From: Fidelibacterota bacterium
GTDB lineage: Bacteria > Fidelibacterota > JAANXI01
NCBI GenBank assembly: GCA_021734025.1
Contig: JAIPJS010000005.1
Coordinates: 2,112-66,111 of the forward strand
Reading direction: 5' to 3'
Length of the DNA stretch: 64,000 nt
Positions 8,167 through 17,879 of the stretch are shown here, one piece after another; position 1 is the stretch's first letter; each line of letters starts with the position of its first letter. The notes beneath the pieces were generated by a model that had not been told where the DNA came from, ran no database searches, and saw nothing but the letters and a program-made list of their open reading frames with translations. The position numbers and the translations under genes are program-made.

Positions 8167-9444
8167 TTATCCGGAGGAAACGAGTGGCTGGCTCAAATTA
8201 TATTGGTTGATCCATTTGAGTGCGATGGGTGCGTACTGGGAGTCCTGATAGTCGGCCTGGAATTTAAACAGAATTTTTTGGGCTTCCCGGTACTCACGCA
8301 ATCGCAGGTACGAGGAGGCCATCATGATAAGTGCATCGTCGTTCTTATTGGAATTGGGATATAAAAACACCTTTTCAAATTCGCGGATTGCTTCCCGGTA
8401 CCGACCGAGTCCAAATTTACATTCACCGATCCAGTATTGTACGTTATCGGCATAGGAAACCGGCGGATCAGAAATTTGCAGTCGCTGCATCATGACCATT
8501 GTAGCGAGATAATCCTTATCCTGAAACTGGCGGAGTCCGTCGTCATACGTCTCAAGAAATTGCTGCCGATGATTTGTGCCAAATTCGTACGGCTCCACGT
8601 CCGGTAGGTCGATGAGGGATGTTGCGGTTGCGGGTTCCGGCGTTTCCGAGATGCGCTCCGGGACACTGGCCACTTCTTTTGTTTCGGAGGTTGTCGTCTC
8701 TGCTGCAGCACCGAGTTCAGCTTGTTCCATCGGCGCCTGGGTAGTGTCGGTTATCCCGGCCGTATCGGCGACCACTGGCTGAGAGACCTCATCCGTCGCG
8801 ACATCTGTGGCAACCTCGTCACCCGGTCCCCGGAAAGCCACGATACCTATGATTATGACCAATACGATAACCGCAGCCGAAACAATATACGGCACCGTGC
8901 TGGAGCGCTGGCGGACCGGCGGCTCCCAACCGGTGCGCTGCCGTTTTTCCATCCGTTCTTCGAGAGTTTCTTCGGAGGTTTCCTCTTCGTCTTTTTCCGC
9001 ATCCGGTTCTTCCGCGTCGGCGGCCGCTTCATCAGCGGCGTCTTCCGGTTCCTCTTCCCGTTTGCCTGACTCCTCCTCTTCGGTCGCCTGCTCCTCAGTC
9101 TTTTCTTCAGATTCGGGAGTCGCTTCACCTTGTTCAGCCGCTGTCTCTTCGGTTTCTTCCTCGGCAGGATGGGATTTCCCTTCCCGGATCAGGGTATCGG
9201 ACGGCGTCCAGTATGGAATCCAGCGCCCCTCAATTTCAATCTCTTCCCCGGTTTGGGGATCCCGGCCGGTGCGACTTTTCCACCATCGCCGACCAAACTT
9301 CCCGAAGCCATAGATAAGTGTTTCCTGGCCCTCTTTTATGCGGTCGGTAATGAGATCCAGGAATTCATCGAGTATGGCTTCCGCTTCGGTTTCGTTCACA
9401 CCTTCCGCTTCGGCTACCTGCTGAATCAATTCCTGTCTGGTCAT
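8167..9444 (-). CDS. HU/IHF-like DNA-binding domain fused to an acidic linker, one TM helix and a periplasmic CpoB-like TPR
   Basis: N-terminal MTRQELI...GFGKF...RTGRDPQTGEEIEI HU signature; Glu-rich linker; TM YIVSAAVIVLVIIIGIVAF; YADNVQYWIGECKF TPR. Confidence 0.85.
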   Translation of the reverse strand: MTRQELIQQVAEAEGVNETEAEAILDEFLDLITDRIKEGQETLIYGFGKFGRRWWKSRTGRDPQTGEEIEIEGRWIPYWTPSDTLIREGKSHPAEEETEETAAEQGEATPESEEKTEEQATEEEESGKREEEPEDAADEAAADAEEPDAEKDEEETSEETLEERMEKRQRTGWEPPVRQRSSTVPYIVSAAVIVLVIIIGIVAFRGPGDEVATDVATDEVSQPVVADTAGITDTTQAPMEQAELGAAAETTTSETKEVASVPERISETPEPATATSLIDLPDVEPYEFGTNHRQQFLETYDDGLRQFQDKDYLATMVMMQRLQISDPPVSYADNVQYWIGECKFGLGRYREAIREFEKVFLYPNSNKNDDALIMMASSYLRLREYREAQKILFKFQADYQDSQYAPIALKWINQYNLSQPLVSSG

Positions 9445-9601
9445 AATCTTGTCCTTTACGGGTTGGATTTATTGCAAGGTGAAAAGGCTGATACAGCAGG
9501 AATAAAGTCTGCCTTTTTCACCAGGAGTGCAAGTCGAAGTGTTTCCGGAATATCCGGCGTAACTCCTCTGAACAATACTTCAGGTCCTTGCCAGAAGGAT
9601 G

Positions 9602-12337
9602 TTACTCCTGAGGGGCGCTATCCCCAGGTGCCGTATTATCCCGCATTTGCCGCAACAGATCCTCCAGTTTATTCCACCGATCGCCATATTCAGCCCAATT
9701 GCCTTGTTGGAGGCTTTGTTGGGCCTGCCGGTACGTTTCCAATGCTGATTTCGCCATATCTGAAATATTCAGATTTTGAATCACCGAGGTAGAAGCAGCA
9801 GCCCGTTGATCCACTACCGGTGTTGGTCTTTTTTCACCGAAGAGCACGGCAAGGGCCTCATCCAAGGTCTCTTCCATCACAATTTGGTTGTCGTAGGAGA
9901 GAATGATCCGTCTCAGTTCCGGAATTTCCCCCTGATCCGATCGCATAAAGAGCGGCTCAACATAGAGCAGCGATTTTTCAATTGGTATAGCAAGCAGGTT
10001 ACCCCGGATGACCCGAGACCCCTGTTGACTCCATAGGGTTAACAGCTCGGAGATCTGGGAGTTCTGATCAATCCGTGCCTCAATCTGCATGGGGCCATAG
10101 ATCAATTCACTCTTCGGGAATTCATAGAGCAGAAGTTCTCCATAATGTTCTCCATCAGAACGGCCGGCGAGCCAGGCAATCATATTGTCCTTGTTCACCG
10201 GTGTAAATGGATAAATCAGGATAAATTCTTCCCCTCGCTCCTCCGGTAATTCCATAATCAGATAGTACGGCTCAACCCGCTTTTCATTCCCCTCATAGAC
10301 CTCTGTTGGGTATTCCCACTTATCTTCCTGATTATAAAACACATCCGGTTCAGTCATATGATACGACAGATAGACCTGCGACTGCACCTCAAACAGATCC
10401 GTGGGGTAACGGAAGTGCTTTTGAATCTCTGTCGGAATTTCAGATTTCGCCGTAAACAGGTTCGGGAAAATTTTCCGGTACGTCTGTAAAAGCGGATCTG
10501 TCTCGTCGACCACATAAAACTTCATGGTCCCGTCATATGCATCCACAACGACCTTCACCGAATTCCTGATATAGTTCGCATTTCCGCGTATCATCGGCTC
10601 GGCATACGGATAGTTCGAACTCAGGGTATAGGCGTCGATGATCCATTTTAATCCACCATTGATAATGGTGATATACGGATCGCTGTCATAGTGGAGGAAC
10701 GGCGCGACGTTTTGCACGCGTTCCCGGATTTCCCGGTGATAATGTACCCTGGAATCTTCCGTAAAATAATCGGAGATCACCACCTTTAAGCTGCTGAACT
10801 CATAGGCATACAACAAACGCCGCCACAACGAACCCATTGGTACGCCGCCATTACCGCTATATTGCGTATATTTATTTTCATCCCCCATGGGATAATCAAA
10901 TTCTTGTTCGGTTGTGCCGGTGAAAATATGGTAGTTAGACACTTCGCCGTAATAAATAGCCGGTCGCGTGATGTTGAAATCGGCCTCGGACACCGGGGGG
11001 ATATTCTTGATAAAAAGGTCGGGCAATCCTTCCTCTGTCACGATATTCACGGGACTCATGACTGCCCCATATCCGTGGGTGTATGTCAGTCGCTGATTTT
11101 GCCAGGTCTGGGCTCTTGTGGGTACCTGGTTATAGTTAAACTCCCTGGCTGACAACATCACCTGTCTGTAATCTCCGTCGATGAGATAGCGGTCAATATC
11201 CACGTCCTGAAAGGTGTAATACAACCGGATTTCCTGGAGCTGGCGATAGGTGCTCAGCAGGGGACGGGTATCCCAGAGACGAACATTCTGCATGGTTGGC
11301 TCGTTCTCAGCCAACACTTCTTGATTCAGGTTGGATTCTACAGGATAGTTCTTCCGCTGCACGTCGTGTAAATCGTAGGCATTCCGTGTAAATTCGATAT
11401 TATACTTGATATACGGCCGCTCACGATCCAGTTCGTTCGGTTCCACCACGAACTGCTGCTGAAACCAGGGATAAATTCCATTCACGAGGACCAGCGCGAT
11501 GACAAACACCGCCACGCCGCTGATCAATAAGTTCACGCCTTTCCGAATCACCGAAATGATAAACAGGACAGCCACGCCGATGGTCAACAAGGCCATTACC
11601 CAGTAGGATAACAACTTCGCATGGACGTCGGTATACCCCGCTCCGTACACGACTCCACTAGACGAGAACAATAAATCATACCGGTCAAGAAAGAATCGCG
11701 TGGCAATTAATATCGCAATACCGACTAGCAGGAGACTGATATGGGTCTGCACCCCGCCGGAAAAAATATTCTGCCGGGATTTCACAAACCGAATGGCCCC
11801 CTTGAGAAAGTAGACGGCGCCGGACAATAACAACCCCAACAAAAACAATGAAAGCAACCAGCTCTGGGCGCCATTGTAAAAGGGCAACTGGAAGAAATAA
11901 AACCCGATATCCTTTCCAAAGATGGGATCGACTGTGCCGAAGCTGCTGGGATTCATAAACTTCAGTATCGTTTCCCAGGAGGGCAACGTGGCCCCGGCGG
12001 CAATAAACGAGATAACGAGAATCAGTGCCCCGACAATGTAGTTAAAAATCTTTTGCCCCGGCATCTTTATGTCGGAATTCTGGAACTGCCGGAACGGTTT
12101 GTTTTTTGTCAGCCGATTTGCGACCCGGTAATTAATCCAGAGAAACGCAGCAAAGAGAATAAACGAGCCGATCCAGACAATTATTTTCCAGGTAATGACT
12201 GTCCAGAATACCTCAACAAAGTTGACGGCTGAAAACCACCAGGATTCGGTGATAATATTGGACAGACTGCTGATCACCGTCAATAAAAGAAAAACGGCTA
12301 CGATAAACCATATCGCCTTGTTTTGTTTGAAATTCAT
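9602..12337 (-). CDS. UPF0182 family membrane protein
   Basis: DPIFGKDIGFYFFQLP, GAGYTDVHA, NVRLWD, YTHGYG and NYIRNSVK motifs; 911 aa. Confidence 0.93.
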   Translation of the reverse strand: MNFKQNKAIWFIVAVFLLLTVISSLSNIITESWWFSAVNFVEVFWTVITWKIIVWIGSFILFAAFLWINYRVANRLTKNKPFRQFQNSDIKMPGQKIFNYIVGALILVISFIAAGATLPSWETILKFMNPSSFGTVDPIFGKDIGFYFFQLPFYNGAQSWLLSLFLLGLLLSGAVYFLKGAIRFVKSRQNIFSGGVQTHISLLLVGIAILIATRFFLDRYDLLFSSSGVVYGAGYTDVHAKLLSYWVMALLTIGVAVLFIISVIRKGVNLLISGVAVFVIALVLVNGIYPWFQQQFVVEPNELDRERPYIKYNIEFTRNAYDLHDVQRKNYPVESNLNQEVLAENEPTMQNVRLWDTRPLLSTYRQLQEIRLYYTFQDVDIDRYLIDGDYRQVMLSAREFNYNQVPTRAQTWQNQRLTYTHGYGAVMSPVNIVTEEGLPDLFIKNIPPVSEADFNITRPAIYYGEVSNYHIFTGTTEQEFDYPMGDENKYTQYSGNGGVPMGSLWRRLLYAYEFSSLKVVISDYFTEDSRVHYHREIRERVQNVAPFLHYDSDPYITIINGGLKWIIDAYTLSSNYPYAEPMIRGNANYIRNSVKVVVDAYDGTMKFYVVDETDPLLQTYRKIFPNLFTAKSEIPTEIQKHFRYPTDLFEVQSQVYLSYHMTEPDVFYNQEDKWEYPTEVYEGNEKRVEPYYLIMELPEERGEEFILIYPFTPVNKDNMIAWLAGRSDGEHYGELLLYEFPKSELIYGPMQIEARIDQNSQISELLTLWSQQGSRVIRGNLLAIPIEKSLLYVEPLFMRSDQGEIPELRRIILSYDNQIVMEETLDEALAVLFGEKRPTPVVDQRAAASTSVIQNLNISDMAKSALETYRQAQQSLQQGNWAEYGDRWNKLEDLLRQMRDNTAPGDSAPQE

Positions 12338-12403
12338 TAAAACCTCCTGAAGTCAGATCCCCCCGAACAAATCAGGGGGAATGAAACCAATGTGGTGGGG
12401 TGG

Positions 12404-13162
12404 TTAATTACGTTCCTGAATGTCTTCCAGCTGATCGCGGATGCGTGCGGCATCTTCATAGCGTTCGAGCCGGACGGCTTCTTCCATATCCGCCTTGAGT
12501 TTTTCGGATTTGGAGAGTGGTTTTTCTTCCAGTACAGTTTCACGCCACTCTTCCAGAATTGTGATCTCTTTCCGGGATTCCTCTGAATCCTGGATCCCCC
12601 ATTTTTTATTAAAATCCCGAATTGCTTTAATACTCTTATCTATATCTTCCAGCGCACTGCGATACGTCTCATTTTCCAATGCCTGTTGAATTTTCGCCTG
12701 AGTCTGCATCATTTTCACATAGGGATAATACTGCATAAACGCCCAGGCACTCTCTTCATCTTTCGCGAATTCTTCTACAAATTCCAACACTTCCAGATTA
12801 TGCGCTGTATCCCGGATAACTCCGGAGTAATCACCTAATTCGGCAAAGCAAAGATACCGATGATAATACTGTATCGATTCCTGTTGCAGCTCGCGTAAAT
12901 CATCGGCTGTCAACTCAAACTGATCTTCCTCACCGGCCTCTCTCAGGGCATAATACTCCGACTGTATAAAATCCAGCACATTGGTATAGCCCTTGTACTC
13001 CTGTCCGTCAGGGCGTCCCTGCGCTTCCATCTGCAACAAGCCGAGATCGAGCCGGAGCTGTATCTTTTCGTTTCCGTCGCGACCAGTGATCTTCCGGACA
13101 TTCAGTATATCCGGATCAAATTCCCAGTTATTTAATATATCTGAAATATCTTGCTTGCTCAT
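12404..13162 (-). CDS. UvrB/UvrC-motif-containing conserved protein
   Basis: C-terminal MEEAVRLERYEDAARIRDQL UVR motif; N-terminal QLRLDLGLLQMEAQGRPDG. Confidence 0.85.
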   Translation of the reverse strand: MSKQDISDILNNWEFDPDILNVRKITGRDGNEKIQLRLDLGLLQMEAQGRPDGQEYKGYTNVLDFIQSEYYALREAGEEDQFELTADDLRELQQESIQYYHRYLCFAELGDYSGVIRDTAHNLEVLEFVEEFAKDEESAWAFMQYYPYVKMMQTQAKIQQALENETYRSALEDIDKSIKAIRDFNKKWGIQDSEESRKEITILEEWRETVLEEKPLSKSEKLKADMEEAVRLERYEDAARIRDQLEDIQERN

Positions 13163-13428
13163 AATATCTCCGTGTTATCGAAATTAAGACCTCCCCTTAT
13201 GAATATAAAGAAAAAACGACAGTCTCCTGCCCTTCTGCGCGTACTTTTTTACAATCCATCCTTTGGTGTTAGTTGAAATTGAGTTGTACCAGCCGGAGTA
13301 AAATAAAGTTTCGCTCGGTAGTGCACGAACTCAGAGATCCCCGGGAAAAATCCAGTTGCTTGTCAGCTCATTTCTCATCAAATTCTGCTGGGGAGAATTA
13401 ACAAACTCAAGGGGAATTGAGGGTACAG

Positions 13429-13842
13429 ATGAACTGGTTAAAGCTAGAAGATGTTGCGCAGTGGATAAAGTCGCCGGGAAAAGCACAGTTGACTCCACAA
13501 GGGTTTCCGATGTTTCAGACGCCCAACGTAGAAATCGTGAAAAAAACTGAAGCAGACCTGTCAGGTCGTGGTTCGGTTATTCTGGCCGAAAATATGGATG
13601 CGATTTGGTACGTCGAAACCAAAGATCGGAAGACAAAATTTAATAAACAGGACAGCGAACGGTTCCTGCGATTAAAAGATGAGCTGAAGGAGCAACATCC
13701 CGATCTCTACATTCGGGGAATCATGTTGACCTCGGCTCCAATCGATGAAGAATCCCAGGAAAATTTGAAGGAAGAGGACTGTTTGCTAATCCACGTACCG
13801 GAAGAAAAGCGGGGGAATCATTCAGCCAGCGGCGAAAAATGA
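13429..13842 (+). CDS. Hypothetical protein, possible degenerate PD-(D/E)XK fold
   Basis: RBS GAGG upstream of ATG; WYVETK and IRGIMLTS patterns. Confidence 0.55.
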   Translation: MNWLKLEDVAQWIKSPGKAQLTPQGFPMFQTPNVEIVKKTEADLSGRGSVILAENMDAIWYVETKDRKTKFNKQDSERFLRLKDELKEQHPDLYIRGIMLTSAPIDEESQENLKEEDCLLIHVPEEKRGNHSASGEK

Positions 13843-13849
13843 AAAGATC

Positions 13850-14320
13850 ATGGCTCGCGATTCATTAACTTCCCAGTTAGAATCACTGGCAGATGATGCG
13901 CCGGATCCGGATTCTTTTTGCACGGATGCCGTCCGGCTCATAAAACAATCCAATGGAAAATACGATTGGGTTGGGATTTATGCTTCCCGGGAAAACCGGT
14001 TAAGCCTTCCGGAGTCCTGGTTTCAGGGCGCCACTCCTGAACATACGGAGATCTCCTTCGACGAAGGTATCTGTGGGGCTGCCGCCCGTGAGCGGAACAC
14101 CGTTGTTGTTGATGACGTCAATTCCGACCCCAGGTACCTTGCCTGTAGTATTTTTACACAATCCGAGATTGTGGTGCCGATACTCTCAGAAGACGGCACC
14201 CTTTACGGCGTTTTAGATTTGGACAGCGACACCCCGGCAGCATTCCAGTCGGAAGAACAACAATCCCTGGAAAACGCCGCTGCCATAATCGCCCGGTATT
14301 TTTCCACACATCAAAATTAA
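13850..14320 (+). CDS. msrC: GAF-domain protein, free methionine-R-sulfoxide reductase-like
   Basis: DWVGIY, GICGAA, YLACS, SEIVVP and GVLDLDS motifs. Confidence 0.8.
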   Translation: MARDSLTSQLESLADDAPDPDSFCTDAVRLIKQSNGKYDWVGIYASRENRLSLPESWFQGATPEHTEISFDEGICGAAARERNTVVVDDVNSDPRYLACSIFTQSEIVVPILSEDGTLYGVLDLDSDTPAAFQSEEQQSLENAAAIIARYFSTHQN

Positions 14321-14346
14321 TCCGATTCTGACTATCTAGTGAAATT

Positions 14347-15279
14347 ATGGGAATTTTCTTTACCATAACCATTGTTGTCGTACTGCTGGTCGCCGTTCCA
14401 ATTGTCGCCGGACACGTCGCGTTTTCCGTGACGCCGCAACCGAGCAAGCGCACGCCTGAATCGCTGGGACTGGCCTTCCAGGACATTTATTTCCGCAATG
14501 CCAATAACGAAGTCCTGCACGGCTGGTGGATCCCGCACAGTGAGGCCTCCAAAGAAGAGCCCTGCCCTACGCTGGTATTTGTCCACGGATGGGGCCGAAA
14601 TTGTGAGCGGATGCTGCCCTATATGGATGCGTGCAGGGATTTGCCGGTAAATTTGTTAGCCATTGACGTCCGGGGCCACGGCGAAAATGCGAAGAATAAT
14701 TTTATCACCGAGGTCGGTATTGCTGACGATATCAACGCGGCAATTGACTGGCTGGTGCTGCAGCCAGGAGTCGATATTCAGCGTATCGGACTCATGGGGC
14801 ATTCCTTTGGGGCTGCTGCCACCATCATGGAATCGTCCAGAGATAAACGCATTGCTGCCTTCGTAGCCGACGGCAGTTTTGCCAATCCCATGGATATACT
14901 GAAGGAGATGATGGAATCCAAAAAGGTCCCCTATATTCCCCTGGGATGGCTGATACGCCAATATATCCAGATGCGACTGAATGCTACATTCGACCAAATC
15001 GCACCGGAGAACCGGATCACCTCCACTCAGTCACCCGGCTTACTCATACACGGCGATAAGGATCCCGTGATACCGGTGGAAGACAGTCACCGGATCCTGG
15101 GGAATGCCGGAGAAAATGTCCAACTTTGGATCGCCAACGGATGCGATCATTCCAACACCCCAGAACATCCTGACTTTCAGAACGTTCTGCGGAATTTTTT
15201 GCGACAATCACTGATTGACCTGCCCCCCGCTCCGGGAGATTCTCCGGCGGAAGAGCATTTCTCACCCATTGTAAACTGA
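14347..15279 (+). CDS. Membrane-anchored alpha/beta hydrolase
   Basis: VHGWG, RGHGEN, nucleophile GHSFG, IHGDKDPVIP, catalytic His in CDH. Confidence 0.9.
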   Translation: MGIFFTITIVVVLLVAVPIVAGHVAFSVTPQPSKRTPESLGLAFQDIYFRNANNEVLHGWWIPHSEASKEEPCPTLVFVHGWGRNCERMLPYMDACRDLPVNLLAIDVRGHGENAKNNFITEVGIADDINAAIDWLVLQPGVDIQRIGLMGHSFGAAATIMESSRDKRIAAFVADGSFANPMDILKEMMESKKVPYIPLGWLIRQYIQMRLNATFDQIAPENRITSTQSPGLLIHGDKDPVIPVEDSHRILGNAGENVQLWIANGCDHSNTPEHPDFQNVLRNFLRQSLIDLPPAPGDSPAEEHFSPIVN

Positions 15280-15351
15280 AGAATTCAGCGTAAACTCATA
15301 TCATGGAATCGCGAAATCCGAGACACATCGTCGGGCAGTTTAACGACGGTA

Positions 15352-15777
15352 TCAATGCTCATGATATTGACGGGATGGACCGACCCAATTTTCTGCAGAA
15401 AGTCCGAAAATACGCTGAAATTCTCTCAGGTTATTTGTTACTAGTGTCAGGTGTTCGCTCAGAGCATGCGCACCAATCATCATATCATAAGCGTCGATGA
15501 CGTTGCCCCGCCTTTCTAGTGTCGCACGGACTTTTCCGAATTCCTCCACCACCTCTCCAGCGAATGGTAAAATATCGAATGGTGAGAGAAATCCCGCCAG
15601 AGCGATACGGTTTCGTTCCTGTTGTTCGCTTTTTTCGACACCGTACTGAAGTTCGGCCAGGGTTACCGATGAAATACAAAGATTTCCGACGCCGAATTCC
15701 CGAAACTTCGTGATCACCGGCTTCGGTTTTCGCTTTATAATGTAAATACAGATATTCGTGTCGAGCATGTATTTCAT
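15352..15777 (-). CDS. vapC: VapC PIN-domain toxin
   Basis: YMLDTNICIY, ELQYG, DMMIGAHA and LVTNNLREF. Confidence 0.93.
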   Translation of the reverse strand: MKYMLDTNICIYIIKRKPKPVITKFREFGVGNLCISSVTLAELQYGVEKSEQQERNRIALAGFLSPFDILPFAGEVVEEFGKVRATLERRGNVIDAYDMMIGAHALSEHLTLVTNNLREFQRIFGLSAENWVGPSRQYHEH

Positions 15778-16003
15778 TCGGGATTATCTCGGTCCTGCAC
15801 TCGCGGCTGATTCCGATTCTCCATGAAATTGTCGGAAAAATAGGCCCGGCTCTCTTCCATTACGGCCCACGGGCTCTCCTTCGGGATCAGCATTACAATA
15901 TCCCCGAGTTTTTCCAATAGACCTCGGACGCGTCGAATCGGTATTCCTTTGGCAGGCGAACTGCCTGGCTTCGTCCGTTTTTAAATAGCTTGGCGGTGTC
16001 CAT
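15774..16003 (-). pseudogene. vapB: VapB (AbrB/MazE-type) antitoxin with an apparent 1-nt deletion frameshift near 15917
   Basis: Frame 0 gives MDTAKLFKNGRSQAVRLPKEYRFDASEVY-WKNSGIL*. The -1 frame continues EKLGDIVMLIPKESPWAVMEESRAYFSDNFMENRNQPRVQDRDNPE*, with its stop overlapping the vapC start (ATGA). The span is 230 nt, not a multiple of 3. Confidence 0.85.
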
Positions 16004-16224
16004 AGGTATCTCCTATTCTGAAGGAGACATCCAAAAACGCTTTTCCCGCCAAACGGCTTAATCTATCAGTTTTTACCGCGTTCGCCGGACTCACTGCCTG
16101 GGAACTATTTCAAACGGTGTGGGGCTATCCGGTGGATCTGAACGATATACTGATGAGCAGTATCGGATCCATTTTCACTCTCCTGGTAGTCAGGGTGTTC
16201 TACAGAGTTTAAGGCGGGAACGGG

Positions 16225-16944
16225 TTAAAAAATCTTCCGGTTAAACCGGCGATACAGCAGGATAAACAGTCCTGTGTGAGTAAAAATTCCCACACCCAGG
16301 TTGATTAGATAGACAAGAAATGAGTCCGCCCAGTACGCTTCGGCAATCCAGAAGACCGGTGAGAGTCCAGCGACGTACTGGACGGGAGACTGGACGAGGA
16401 AGCCCACAATCAGCGCAACTATATAGATGCCCATGGCCTTGCTCAGCGCGAGTCCTTCAACTTTATTTTCCGCCAGCCCCACCAGGAACATTCCGGCGAG
16501 TAACGCCTCTGTAGATAACAGCATTGCCAGTGGAATAAACCGGAGAAGTTTGCCGTTTCCGAAGCCGGAAAACCAGAAAAACACCAGCAGAAACAGGAAG
16601 GCCATCAGGGTCGGCAGGACAAATTTTCGCCGGATGTAGCCGTTCCGGGAAAGCGGCGTGACTGCCACGAACCGAATAATGTCTTCGTCCTGCTCGTCCA
16701 GCAGTACCAGTCCGATGAGCATCCCGTAGATCATCGGCGGCAGGGTGCAGAGAAAGATAAAGATCAGCGGCGTGTACGGGGTCAACTCGAAGGCAAACTG
16801 TGTCCAGAGGACAGAAGCCAGTTCCGGGATCCCGAACCGGAGCAGACCGAAGATCAGCACCGGCGCACACAGGATCAGCACGTACATGGCATCTCTGGTA
16901 TAGTGCCGTGTATCGCCGGCCAGGAGTGTCAGTGTACGCTTCAC
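16225..16944 (-). CDS. ABC exporter permease (fluoroquinolone-export type)
   Basis: Multiple TM segments; LLDEQDE, VTPLS and NKVEGLA motifs. Confidence 0.85.
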   Translation of the reverse strand: MKRTLTLLAGDTRHYTRDAMYVLILCAPVLIFGLLRFGIPELASVLWTQFAFELTPYTPLIFIFLCTLPPMIYGMLIGLVLLDEQDEDIIRFVAVTPLSRNGYIRRKFVLPTLMAFLFLLVFFWFSGFGNGKLLRFIPLAMLLSTEALLAGMFLVGLAENKVEGLALSKAMGIYIVALIVGFLVQSPVQYVAGLSPVFWIAEAYWADSFLVYLINLGVGIFTHTGLFILLYRRFNRKIF

Positions 16945-17645
16945 AGATCCGATCCTATGCTTCGTATGACGTATTTATTGAACCAGCTCGCCGCCCACCA
17001 CCAGGCCAAACCGTTCCAGATAACCAGGTTTATAACAGCTAATCCCATCTCTGGAAAAGAAACTGCCCTGAACGGTGCGCTGACCAGTACTATCAGTCCA
17101 TAGGTCGGCAGTATGCGGAAGAAAACGCTTTCGACGAGGTGAAAATAGTCCATGAGGGGCAGCGCCAGGACAATTGTATAGACAATGGCCCGGAAGAAAT
17201 AGCCATTCAGCGTGCGGGAACGTGCGACCACTGCGATGCCGATGAGGATGAAAAAGATCGAACCCAACACAGCGCCAATAAGAAACCAGCCGATATTCGC
17301 TTTGGTCTGTCCGCCGCCGAGGAGTACGACCAGACTCACCAGCACGGCGAGCGCGGACAGGGTGGCGGTTTTTGACCAGAGATATTCCCGGGGACGGAGC
17401 GGCGTGACGAACAGGCTGTCCAGCGTACGTTGCCTGCGCTCCAGCAGGATAATCCCTCCAATAAAGAAGAAGCCAAGTACGGAAGTATCGGTAAAGACCA
17501 GATACGGGATCAGCACAGCACGGACTTCCGGAGAAAGGCTCAGCAGGGCGGCAAGGTACACCGCGGTCACCAGCGCGTACGCAGCGTAAAATCCGTGGCG
17601 CCACTGGAATTTGAGATCGTATTGTATTGCGGCTGAAATTCTCAT
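16941..17645 (-). CDS. ABC exporter permease (fluoroquinolone-export type)
   Basis: DLKFQWRHGFY, GFFFIGGIILLE and VTPLRPREYL. Confidence 0.85.
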   Translation of the reverse strand: MRISAAIQYDLKFQWRHGFYAAYALVTAVYLAALLSLSPEVRAVLIPYLVFTDTSVLGFFFIGGIILLERRQRTLDSLFVTPLRPREYLWSKTATLSALAVLVSLVVLLGGGQTKANIGWFLIGAVLGSIFFILIGIAVVARSRTLNGYFFRAIVYTIVLALPLMDYFHLVESVFFRILPTYGLIVLVSAPFRAVSFPEMGLAVINLVIWNGLAWWWAASWFNKYVIRSIGSDL

Positions 17646-17689
17646 TGCTTATTCGTTCTATGTAAAAATTGAGTGGTTATCATTGGAAG

Positions 17690-17878
17690 TATTGCGTACT
17701 GCGTATTGCGTATTCGTAATCATTCGCACCTTGCTTTGAATGACCCTTTCAGGGGTCTGCGACCCCTGAAAGGGTCATTTTTACTTGTCTCCGTTGGTCC
17801 AGCAACCGCCAGTGTTTTTGTTGTGGTAAAAACGACCGACGGGAATTCTTTTACGCAATACGTAATACGCACTATTCG
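17690..17878. repeat. REP-like insert: perfect 17-bp-stem palindrome between inverted TATTGCG-type heptamer runs
   Basis: TGACCCTTTCAGGGGTC-tgc-GACCCCTGAAAGGGTCA at 17741-17777; tattgcg repeats on the left, cgcaata/cgtaata on the right. A degenerate copy of the palindrome lies at 37726-37761. Confidence 0.8.
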
Positions 17879-17879
17879 T

